NCBI GenBank assembly: GCA_034189385.1
Contig: JAXHVD010000015.1
Span: 1 to 64,000 of the forward strand
Direction: 5' to 3'
From: Thermodesulfobacteriota bacterium
GTDB lineage: Bacteria; Desulfobacterota; Desulfobacteria; Desulfobacterales; C00003060
DNA length: 64,000 nt
How positions within the stretch are numbered: position 1 is the stretch's first letter; each line of letters opens with the position of its first letter. Made by a program: the position numbers and the translations under genes. This document shows, in pieces, positions 43,096 through 51,624 of the stretch. Under the pieces are notes generated by a model, which saw only the letters and a program-made list of their open reading frames with translations, did no database searches and was not told the origin of the DNA.

Positions 43096-44253
43096 CTACA
43101 CGATCCCCCTCACCTGCTCTGCCGCATTTGCCATGCTGTCGGCCACGATAAAATCAAGGTCCGATTGGGCCAGGATCCGGCGCCCCTCCTCCACATTGGT
43201 ACCGTCCAGTCGGACCACCACGGGCACCTGGATGGCGACCTTTTTGGCCGCCTCAACCACCCCGTTGGCCAGTACGTCACACCTCAAGATACCGCCAAAA
43301 ATATTGATCAAAATCCCCCGAACGTTCTTGTCTCCAAGGATAATCTCAAACCCCTTGGTCACCATCTCTGTGGTGGCCCCGCCACCCACGTCCAGGAAAT
43401 TGGCAGGACTGGCCCCTGCCTGCTTGATGAGATCCATGGTCGCCATGGCCAGCCCTGCACCATTGACCATGATCCCCACATCGCCATCCATGCGGATGTA
43501 GTTTAGGCGGTGTTGTGAGGCCTCCACCTCCAACGGGTCTTGCTCGTGCTTGTCTTCCAGGTCCAAGAGGTCCTTGTGGCGATACAACGCATTGTCATCA
43601 AATTCTATCTTGGCATCCAGGGCCAGGAGGCGTCCGTCCTCTGTGACAATGAGCGGATTAATCTCCACCAGCATGCAATCTAAGGCCTCGAAAATTCTAT
43701 AAAGCTGACTGAAAACCCCTGTGCCCGGCCGTATAAAACCGCTATCTATCCCCATGCCGAATAGCAGATTTCGTGCCTGAAAGGCCGGAAACCCCACACC
43801 CACGTCCACCCATTGCCTTACAATCCGTTCAGGGTGCGTTGCAGCCAACTCTTCAATGCCCATGCCGCCCTCAGCGCTGGCGATGAGAACCGGGCATTGC
43901 CTGGCCCGGTCTACGGCTGCTCCGACGTAGAACTCCTGCTTGATGGCAAGGCCCTCTTCCACCAGGACCGCCCTCACCTCTCTTCCCTCAGGACCGGTCT
44001 GGGGTGTGACCAGGGTCATACCGAGCATCTCTTGGGCCGTCTCGGCCACGGCTTCAGGCGACTCCACCACGCGCACGCCGCCCCCTTTGCCGCGGCCTCC
44101 AGCGTGGATCTGGGCCTTCACGACCCAGCGGTGCCCGCCGATCTCATCGGCAATCTTTCTTGCCTCTTCAGGACCACGGGCCACTGCCCCCTGAGGCACA
44201 GGGATTCCATGTTTGGAAAATATTTCTTTTGCCTGGTATTCATGAATCTTCAT
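43096..44253 (-). CDS. sucC: Succinyl-CoA synthetase beta subunit
   Basis: MKIHEYQAK, KAQIHAGGRGK, NGAGLAMAT, NIFGGI. Confidence 0.96.
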   Translation of the reverse strand: MKIHEYQAKEIFSKHGIPVPQGAVARGPEEARKIADEIGGHRWVVKAQIHAGGRGKGGGVRVVESPEAVAETAQEMLGMTLVTPQTGPEGREVRAVLVEEGLAIKQEFYVGAAVDRARQCPVLIASAEGGMGIEELAATHPERIVRQWVDVGVGFPAFQARNLLFGMGIDSGFIRPGTGVFSQLYRIFEALDCMLVEINPLIVTEDGRLLALDAKIEFDDNALYRHKDLLDLEDKHEQDPLEVEASQHRLNYIRMDGDVGIMVNGAGLAMATMDLIKQAGASPANFLDVGGGATTEMVTKGFEIILGDKNVRGILINIFGGILRCDVLANGVVEAAKKVAIQVPVVVRLDGTNVEEGRRILAQSDLDFIVADSMANAAEQVRGIV

Positions 44254-44350
44254 ATCCGCCTAACTCCGGTTTTCCCTCTTTCCTGTTTCCGTGGCAGTCT
44301 TTTCCCATGTTCTTGCCCCAGCATCAACACAAAGGCCTCCAATCGGGAGA

Positions 44351-44818
44351 CTACTCGTTCACTGGGCGCTCTATGAGGCTGCCCATGGGTCTTCCGTTGA
44401 TGCGATTAATGGCCGCCCCAAGGGCTTTGAGCACCTCCAGCTTGTCTGACCCTCGCACCTTAAGGCTCTTGTGCTGTCTCAGTTCGAAGAAGTAGAGGTT
44501 TTTCAACCTCCTGATGCCGCCCCGATACCTGCGGATCTTCCACTCTGTATCAACAGGCAAAGTAGTATTCAAAAAGACCGATGAGAAGCCATAGTGAAGC
44601 TCCAACCCCCCAGGGCCTACGGTAACGGCGCTAAACCCCCACAAGGGCCCATTGAAAAACCACATGGCAATCAAGGCCCACAGCACCACCAATATGACAT
44701 GGGTCGATTTCCGTCTCCGGATGGTGTGGATCAGGAGCCCCAGAATGATCGCCCCAATAATCCCCATAATCACATTCTGGACCATCACAGAGCGGATAAA
44801 GAACGTCTCAGGCTCCAT
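44351..44818 (-). CDS. Hypothetical membrane protein (2 TM plus small soluble domain)
   Basis: ATG MEPETFF after AGGAG; two hydrophobic helices. Confidence 0.7.
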   Translation of the reverse strand: MEPETFFIRSVMVQNVIMGIIGAIILGLLIHTIRRRKSTHVILVVLWALIAMWFFNGPLWGFSAVTVGPGGLELHYGFSSVFLNTTLPVDTEWKIRRYRGGIRRLKNLYFFELRQHKSLKVRGSDKLEVLKALGAAINRINGRPMGSLIERPVNE

Positions 44819-45125
44819 CTCACTCCTACGCCCCCTGAAACAGCCATGGGGACTGGCACCCCCTATCATCCATCAGCCCATGTGTCAAATAAAAACAGGC
44901 TGTTGCTTGGAGGCTTACAGAGGGGCTACATCCTAGGCGAATGAAGGATTCGGTAGCCATGCAACGAGGCTTCTCCTAAAGAAGATGGCAAAAAAAGGAT
45001 TGACCAAGGCCACCCTTTGTGCTAACAGGCCGAGGCACTTTTGATAAAAAAAGGAAGCTGTGTTTCCGGCTACTTCTTCAAGGCGGAGCCACGAATCCAG
45101 GAAAACAAGGGAGGAGGATTTTTTC

Positions 45126-46871
45126 ATGCGTACACTAAAATTGCTTTTGTTGGTTGTGGCGGCTGTTGCGCTTTCTGTACCCACACTTGCCTTTGCTGGT
45201 CACGGAGGAAAGAGCGCCCACGAGATGGTCCATATTGAAGGTGGAGACTATGTGACCATTTCAGGCACTATCATCGATTCCCACAAAGAACCGGTTGGAG
45301 AAGCGGTGATCACCGTGCACATGAACGGCCATGACATGGCCCATGTGGAGACTGCCCACAACGGCCACTTCGTCACCGATTTCATGGTGGAAGCAGGCAC
45401 CATGGAGACGGCCCACTTCGATATGAAGGTGGGAAAGACCAGCTTTGAGACTAAGACCGTGCCTTTCCCTGGAACGGACTTCGCCAAGATAGGAAAACAC
45501 TATTATGTTGCCGAGGAGGTGGCGCTGGACCGGGTCCTGGGTCCGGCCTTCTGGATCTCCACTGTCGTTTTCATCGTCGCCTATGCCCTCATCGCCTTTG
45601 AGCTCCTCCATCGAACCATTGCCGCCATGCTGGGCGCTGCCATGATGATGTGTCTTTCCTACACCATCGGGACCATCAATCCGGAGTTTCGCATCTTCTC
45701 CTTTGAGCGGGCCATCTTTGCCATTGACATGAACGTGGTCTTTCTCTTGATGGGGATGATGATCATCGTGGGCGTCCTCAAAAACACCGGTGTCTTTCAA
45801 TGGTGTGCCTACATATCTTACAAGATGGCAAAGGGAAAAGTCTTCGTGCTAACGGTCGTTCTGATGATCTTTACGGCCGTCTCCTCAGCCTTTCTGGACA
45901 ATGTGACCACCATGCTGCTCTTGACGGGGGTGGCCATCGAGATCGCCATCTCTTGCAGTCTCAATCCCCTCTATCTGCTGATCCCGTTGGTCCTGGCCTC
46001 CAACGTGGGCGGCACAGCCACTCTTATCGGCGATCCACCCAATATCATGATCGGCTCCTATGCAGGCCTCACCTTCATGGATTTTGTGGTTGCCCTGGCC
46101 CTTATCTGCGTGGTCTCCTTGATGGTCATGTTTATCTATACCAAGCTCGTGTGGGGCAAGGATTACGCCAAGGCACAGGCGTCGATCGCCAATGTAGAGG
46201 AGTTTACGGCCGAGCTGAAGGAAAAATACAAGATCTATGACCCCCAGCTCCTCACCTACGGTCTGATTGTCCTCGGCTTTGCCGTCTTCCTCTTCCTCTC
46301 CCATGGTTACTGGCACATGGAGGTGAGTGTGGCGGCCCTGACCGGTGCAAGCATCCTCTTTACCATCGGGGTCGTGACCAAGAAGGTGGATCTGCTCCAT
46401 CTCATTGAAAAGGATATTGAATGGCCCACCCTCATGTTCTTTATCTTCCTCTTTATCCTCGTAGGCGCCGTGGAAGAGGCCGGGCTCCTCGCCGTGATTG
46501 CCGACTGGATCCTGGATGTCTCAGGTGGAAGCTATCTCATGTCCATGACCCTGATCCTCTGGGTGGCAGCCATCATGTCCGCCTTTGTGGACAATATCCC
46601 CTTTACGGCCACCATGCTTCCCATTGTGGCCTATCTTAGCAAGGTCATCCCAGGCTCTGAAAACACCCTGTGGTGGGCCTTGGCCCTGGGCGCCTGCTTT
46701 GGTGGCAACGGTACCATCATCGGCGCTTCGGCAAACGTGGTCACCATGGGCATCGCCGAGTCCAAGGGCTACAAGATATCATTCATCGGTTTCATGAAAA
46801 CCGCCTTTCCGTATATGATACTGAGTATAGGTATCTGCCAGGTATGGCTCATGCTCTTTAAGCCTGCGTAG
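45126..46871 (+). CDS. ArsB/NhaD (IT superfamily) permease with a His/Met-rich N-terminal extracytoplasmic domain
   Basis: SAFLDNVTT, NVGGTATLIGDPPN, SAFVDNIP, GGNGTIIGASAN; signal peptide; RBS GGAGG. Confidence 0.92.
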   Translation: MRTLKLLLLVVAAVALSVPTLAFAGHGGKSAHEMVHIEGGDYVTISGTIIDSHKEPVGEAVITVHMNGHDMAHVETAHNGHFVTDFMVEAGTMETAHFDMKVGKTSFETKTVPFPGTDFAKIGKHYYVAEEVALDRVLGPAFWISTVVFIVAYALIAFELLHRTIAAMLGAAMMMCLSYTIGTINPEFRIFSFERAIFAIDMNVVFLLMGMMIIVGVLKNTGVFQWCAYISYKMAKGKVFVLTVVLMIFTAVSSAFLDNVTTMLLLTGVAIEIAISCSLNPLYLLIPLVLASNVGGTATLIGDPPNIMIGSYAGLTFMDFVVALALICVVSLMVMFIYTKLVWGKDYAKAQASIANVEEFTAELKEKYKIYDPQLLTYGLIVLGFAVFLFLSHGYWHMEVSVAALTGASILFTIGVVTKKVDLLHLIEKDIEWPTLMFFIFLFILVGAVEEAGLLAVIADWILDVSGGSYLMSMTLILWVAAIMSAFVDNIPFTATMLPIVAYLSKVIPGSENTLWWALALGACFGGNGTIIGASANVVTMGIAESKGYKISFIGFMKTAFPYMILSIGICQVWLMLFKPA

Positions 46872-46898
46872 CAGAGACCGCGTCAGTCCCAACGAAAG

Positions 46899-46934
46899 AA
46901 AGCCCCAACTGCTCCTGGCAGTTGGGGCTTTTTT
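46899..46934 (+). terminator. Intrinsic terminator, probably bidirectional
   Basis: AAAGCCCCAACTGC-TCCTG-GCAGTTGGGGCTTT followed by further T's. Confidence 0.88.
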
Positions 46935-46976
46935 GTATGGTTCCCCTAAGAAGCCATCACGACATGGGGCCGACCC

Positions 46977-47180
46977 CTAAACCCACTTCGTCGATGGCAC
47001 CAGCTCTTCCCTCGGCTTCAACATGTTGATCCGACCGTCCTGATCTTTAATGCCAATCGTGCATTGGCATTTCCCGCACCGGATGAGGTATCCACCTTGG
47101 GGAAGGGCTTCCTTTTCTGTATCTCCAAGTTGGCAGTACGCTTTACACGTGGGGCACTTGAGAATCACCGTCTTTTTCAC
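46977..47180 (-). CDS. Small zinc-ribbon protein (two CxxC)
   Basis: CPTC...IRCGKC spacing, as in MJ0042-type fingers. Confidence 0.6.
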   Translation of the reverse strand: MKKTVILKCPTCKAYCQLGDTEKEALPQGGYLIRCGKCQCTIGIKDQDGRINMLKPREELVPSTKWV

Positions 47181-47323
47181 CCTGTGGCTGTTACTTTACG
47201 ACGCGTAGCGAGCCCTTTTCGCCACCTCAGGGGAGATGACTCCACCCGCCGGAGCGCCTTTGGGACGAAGAGCGCATAGCTCTCCTTACAGGGTCTCTCC
47301 AATGAAATGAATGGGCTTGTTGG

Positions 47324-48475
47324 CTAGAATGCTATCTCTTCTTCCTTTTGGTCATTGCACGCCAGGATTTGATCCAAGGAAGGCCTCTCCTTTGCAGGGG
47401 TGTAAGCGTCCAACAGATGGTTGATCTCAGACGGCCCCATGATGGTCCCCTCTACCTGGCCAGCCGGTTTAAAGAAGGCATATTGGGGATAGTAGACATT
47501 GGAATAGGGGTAAGACCTTCCTTCAATATAGAGGTCGATTGTTAAACCTGACACCCCCAAGACCCCCTTGGAAAAGACATCCGGTATGGCATGGACGGCA
47601 TCCACGAATCGGTTAAACTCTATCCACGTGTTCACATTGGCCACTGTGACCATGGGAGCATAGTCTGCACTGCTGACGATTTCATGCATGAAAGGATGGA
47701 GCCGCCTAGTGATACCATCGGAAGCAGGCTCAGACGAAGACCAAAGGAACTTGAAGTCAGCCCCCAAAAGATCGTCCCCTATGGGGGCGGCGTCAGGGGT
47801 GATAGTCCGCTTCTTGGCTTCCAAGGCACGTTCGATGTCTGGATTGGCCTCGAAAAGGACGGAATAGGGACTCTCTGCTGTCACTGCGCCCTTTGACTCC
47901 CATCCCCCCTTTACCAAGGAACCGTCCAGGCACAGCCTCACCGGGTGCGCCGAACCAGAGCCATTCGTTCCGAGAAGTCGGCTCGGGATCTCAAGCAAGA
48001 TCCGCCCCTCTTCTTTGAAGACCCTGATACCATTTTTGGCATGCTCGTATTCTTTGAGATAGGGCCCCAGGACACCGGCCAATTTACCGCAACAGGGACT
48101 GAAGCCCCCCTCTTTTTCACGATATATCGTTCCCATGGTCTTGGTCTCATGGTCGTATCCAGTATGGCTTCCCATGACGTAGACCAGATTCTCAGCGTGA
48201 TGTGCAGCCGGGGCAATCGCCCCTACATCGAGTTCAGCTCCCACCAGCCCCCCAACAAAGGGAGACGCTCCAAAGGTGCCAAAAAAGTAGAGGGCCTTTA
48301 GGCTCTGGCTCTCGTCGGCACATTCAACGATCACGGGCAGGGTCCCGGCCAGGTCAAAGCCGCAATGATGAACCGCCACTTCCCTGAGCTTTCCAAAAAA
48401 AGCCGCCAGAGACCGTTGACAGCACATGACTGATCCATTGTCCGGAACGATACTGGGACTCTTCAAATAATCCAT
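47324..48475 (-). CDS. LCIB/theta-class carbonic-anhydrase-like protein (putative)
   Basis: ECADE...PFVGGLVG...AHH...SHTGY...GTIYR...CCGKL follows the LCIB/theta-CA Cys-His-Cys motif order; RBS GGAGG. Confidence 0.6.
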   Translation of the reverse strand: MDYLKSPSIVPDNGSVMCCQRSLAAFFGKLREVAVHHCGFDLAGTLPVIVECADESQSLKALYFFGTFGASPFVGGLVGAELDVGAIAPAAHHAENLVYVMGSHTGYDHETKTMGTIYREKEGGFSPCCGKLAGVLGPYLKEYEHAKNGIRVFKEEGRILLEIPSRLLGTNGSGSAHPVRLCLDGSLVKGGWESKGAVTAESPYSVLFEANPDIERALEAKKRTITPDAAPIGDDLLGADFKFLWSSSEPASDGITRRLHPFMHEIVSSADYAPMVTVANVNTWIEFNRFVDAVHAIPDVFSKGVLGVSGLTIDLYIEGRSYPYSNVYYPQYAFFKPAGQVEGTIMGPSEINHLLDAYTPAKERPSLDQILACNDQKEEEIAF

Positions 48476-48824
48476 ATTGTCGCAGACCTCCTCTTCCTAT
48501 CAGTGCTTGTGGTTTTGCTACCCTGTAACCGCCACGGAAAAAGACCTGGGCCGCATGTTCGCACGGCGCGCCTGACATCGGCGCATGGCTGTGCACGACA
48601 CCGGTGGTGGCTCCACCGAGGCGGCCTATTCAAGCAACATCGGTTCGGGCCTAAGCTCACACCTTACCCAAAGCCGTTGGCACCTTCGGCAAAGGGCCCG
48701 CGGCTCCCCGAGGGTAACCCCACGACACGGTTCTTCAGCAACAACCAAAGGCTTACCCCTGTAAGCCCTGACTGACCAAGCACTTAAAACCTGTCTCGGC
48801 CTCGAAGCGGGCCCTAAAGGCCGG

Positions 48825-49265
48825 CTATTTTTTCAGTGCCGACATGGGTGATGCCATGATCTCGGCCACTTTCACTGAACGGATGCGTTCTTCCTGTTCG
48901 GCCTTTCTGTCGTAGCCCCTGTCTATCTTCGCGACCAACTCGTCGATCTCGCAAGGTTTCAACACGTAATCCAAGGCACCCAGCTTCATCCCTTCCACGG
49001 CCGTTTCCACGGTGGCATTTCCGGTCAGCATGAGCACTTCGGTGAGCGGCTTCAGCTTCTTGATTTCACGAAGGGCGGCGATACCGTCCATGCCTGGCAT
49101 GGCAACATCCAGTATAACGACATCGAAGTTGTAACCCTTCACCTTCTCTGTAGCTTCTTCCCCACTTAAAGATGTGGTCACGTCATAGTCACGCATACTC
49201 AAACGTTCGGCCAGAGAGTCGACAAACTCTTTTTCATCGTCAACGATTAAGATTCTCGCTTTCAT
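48825..49265 (-). CDS. Response regulator (receiver domain)
   Basis: IVDDE, LDVAMPG, LTG, LKP. Confidence 0.92.
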   Translation of the reverse strand: MKARILIVDDEKEFVDSLAERLSMRDYDVTTSLSGEEATEKVKGYNFDVVILDVAMPGMDGIAALREIKKLKPLTEVLMLTGNATVETAVEGMKLGALDYVLKPCEIDELVAKIDRGYDRKAEQEERIRSVKVAEIMASPMSALKK

Positions 49266-49645
49266 CTTCATGTCTCCTTTCGAATACAAAAAAAGTTAGT
49301 AAATATAATGGACCTATCTTCTTCAATTCCGACGAGTTTTTTCAGCCAATTTCTTGACAACCCGATCATGGAGGTTGCCCTGGCAACGCACAACGTCGCC
49401 GCTCACGAACCTTTGGGCTCCCATCCCTCTTGAAGGATACTGAGAACACGGGCTCTCCCCTTTTTGGGGGACCTCGTAACACCTCTAGTCAACTCCTTTC
49501 TGCTCAACCTCAGGGCATATCCGGTTTACTGCCCCAATTTACCTGTCACCGCCTATTGCCCTCACCACCAGCCCTCTTCACGCTGCCCCCTATGCTATGT
49601 GCCATCTGTCCGTGAAAATGAGTCGGCCCCGTCGGCCAGGAACTC

Positions 49646-50557
49646 TCAACTGGTTGTCTCCAGGGGCCTGCCACCGCTGTCCACACGTGAATGGCCCAGC
49701 AGTTCATCGATGCGGCCGTACATCCTATTGGCCCCGTCGACGGCATAGGTGATATATCCATGGGCATCGTCATCCAGTTTGCCTCCACAGCGTCGCTCCA
49801 GAAGTCGGAGATAGCTTGCCACCGTACGAAGCGGCTCTTGAAGGTCATGTGAGACCACATAAGCAAACTCCTCCAGCCTGCGGTTGCTCTCCTCCAGCGC
49901 CCCGGCATGGGTTTCCAGCCGTTTTTCAGCCTGCTTGCGTTCCGTGATCTCTCTGGACACATTTCCTATCATGTGATTTGTCACCTTCTTCAGGGCCTCC
50001 AAGAGTTCTACTTGCGATGTGCCGTGCACCCGGGCAGTCAAGTCGCCTCTTGAAACCCTGTTCAATACATCGAAGTGTTCTGCAAGACCGATGGCAAATT
50101 CATGAGACAGATAAACAATGTCGGCCAGATTTTCAGCCGTCAGGTTGACAATATTTTTTAGTTTGCTAATGAGCTCAAGGGATGAGGATTCCGGCACCCT
50201 TGCATCGGGGTCTCCTGAAGCAATCCTCTTCAGTGCCTCGAAGACCTCGGACAGTGCCAGGGCCAACTCCATGCTAATTGCTTCCAGCTCCTTGTCCCTT
50301 TCATCTACTAACCTCCTAAAATCTTGGAATTGTTCATTGACCACCTGAAGCGTCATTCCCAGCGAAGAAGGGTCCATGTTGTTTAAAAAGGGTTCACACT
50401 GAAGGCACATCTCCATCTTCTCCAGAAATTTGCCCTGGATCTCGTTATGACAATGGGTCCCTGAGACGAGCCAACAATTCAGCTCCTTTGATTTGTAAAC
50501 CGGGCACTCCTTCTCGTCACATTTTAGAATTTCCCAGCATTTCACCTTGTTTTTCAT
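49646..50557 (-). CDS. Cys/Trp (two-CW) domain, HAMP and HisKA protein lacking the HATPase domain (truncated kinase)
   Basis: CWEILKC...CPVY...CWLVSGTHC...CLQC; GDPDARV/GDLTARV HAMP-like repeats; SHDLQEPLR; stops before any N/G boxes. Confidence 0.8.
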   Translation of the reverse strand: MKNKVKCWEILKCDEKECPVYKSKELNCWLVSGTHCHNEIQGKFLEKMEMCLQCEPFLNNMDPSSLGMTLQVVNEQFQDFRRLVDERDKELEAISMELALALSEVFEALKRIASGDPDARVPESSSLELISKLKNIVNLTAENLADIVYLSHEFAIGLAEHFDVLNRVSRGDLTARVHGTSQVELLEALKKVTNHMIGNVSREITERKQAEKRLETHAGALEESNRRLEEFAYVVSHDLQEPLRTVASYLRLLERRCGGKLDDDAHGYITYAVDGANRMYGRIDELLGHSRVDSGGRPLETTS

Positions 50558-50572
50558 GTCCTAAATCCCTTT

Positions 50573-51256
50573 TCAGGGTTGGGCACCAGCCTCATCCATA
50601 TCTCTCGACAGGGTGAGGATCAGTTCTCCGGCCTCTGCATCAAGGCTCATCCGACCCCTGAGTGCCTCAAGCAGCCTCTTTTCACGCTCCCCCGGGAAGG
50701 TACCGACCGGCAACTCGGCAACAGCTTCGACTCCCGTGAATCTCACCAAGGAACCATCTGCCGTCTCCTCGGCCGCCAGTCCAATGGTTTTCCCGCTACC
50801 GGCCGCCCCAACAGCGAAATCGAGGCACAGAGAGATAAGGTTTTGCAGGAAGAATGGGTTTGTCGTGATTGTTACCGGACTGCGCCCCCGCCTTGGTTCC
50901 AGAGTCACGCCTCCCATGAAGGCTAGTCTTCGGGAAAGGGTGACGACGAAGTCCACGAGCTCATGCAGGTCAACGTCCTTTTCGGATTCATCCACGCTGT
51001 GGGCAAACCTGTTCATGGTCGCCACGATTCCATCGGCCCGGCGGATCTGTTTGATTACTTTTGCGGCCAGGCTCTTGAGCCGCCCCGGGTCGATGGGCGC
51101 CCCTCCCTCTGACATGGCGACAAAGTCCTCCATAAGCCCTGCATTCTCATTCATAATGGCCAGGGCATTCTTGATCTCGTGGGACAAAGAAGCCGCTGTT
51201 TTTCCGTAGAACTGAAGCCCTGTCTGCCCGATGATGTCACCTTCCCAGTTCATCAC
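50573..51256 (-). CDS. Sensor-less histidine-kinase-like protein (DHp plus degenerate ATPase domain)
   Basis: SHEIKNALA H-box; no recognisable N-box Asn, DxGxG or GxGxG. Confidence 0.8.
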   Translation of the reverse strand: MMNWEGDIIGQTGLQFYGKTAASLSHEIKNALAIMNENAGLMEDFVAMSEGGAPIDPGRLKSLAAKVIKQIRRADGIVATMNRFAHSVDESEKDVDLHELVDFVVTLSRRLAFMGGVTLEPRRGRSPVTITTNPFFLQNLISLCLDFAVGAAGSGKTIGLAAEETADGSLVRFTGVEAVAELPVGTFPGEREKRLLEALRGRMSLDAEAGELILTLSRDMDEAGAQP

Positions 51257-51264
51257 ACACCTCC

Positions 51265-51624
51265 TTACGCCTTAAGGGCCTGATTCATTTTATCGATGAG
51301 GGTTTCAATCTGAAGGGGCTTGACCAGGTAATAGGCCGTTCCAGCATCGCTTAAAGCCGCCTGGAAGTAGTCTCCAGAGCCGTGACCTGTAACAAAAATG
51401 AATTTCAGGTGAGGACACTTGCCCTGCAGTTTTTTCTTCAGTTCCAGTCCGCTCATCTTCGGCATCTTCACATCCAACACGGCGATGTCAAAGGTCTTCG
51501 ACTCCACCTGCGTCAGGGCATCATGGCAGGTGGAGGCCCAGTCCGCCTCGATCCCCCTTAAAGAGAGGCGCTCTGCCAAGGCGGACACCAGTTCTATTTC
51601 GTCATCCACTAATAGCACTCTCAT
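51265..51624 (-). CDS. Single-domain response regulator
   Basis: LVDDE, LDVKMP, VTGHG, VKP. Confidence 0.92.
   Translation of the reverse strand: MRVLLVDDEIELVSALAERLSLRGIEADWASTCHDALTQVESKTFDIAVLDVKMPKMSGLELKKKLQGKCPHLKFIFVTGHGSGDYFQAALSDAGTAYYLVKPLQIETLIDKMNQALKA

Noticed and set aside
47229..47290. GGAGATG... resembling a fluoride riboswitch
   Set aside because: The pseudoknot and GCTRATGAC elements are missing, and it is on the wrong strand for the flanking genes.
49595..49648. TGA ending the truncated kinase, followed by a GGCC/GGCC hairpin, as a possible Sec codon
   Set aside because: The loop starts at about +13, unlike the +19/+20 geometry of the other two candidates. Read-through adds only ~16 residues and restores no domain; a Cys-to-stop mutation or deletion is simpler.
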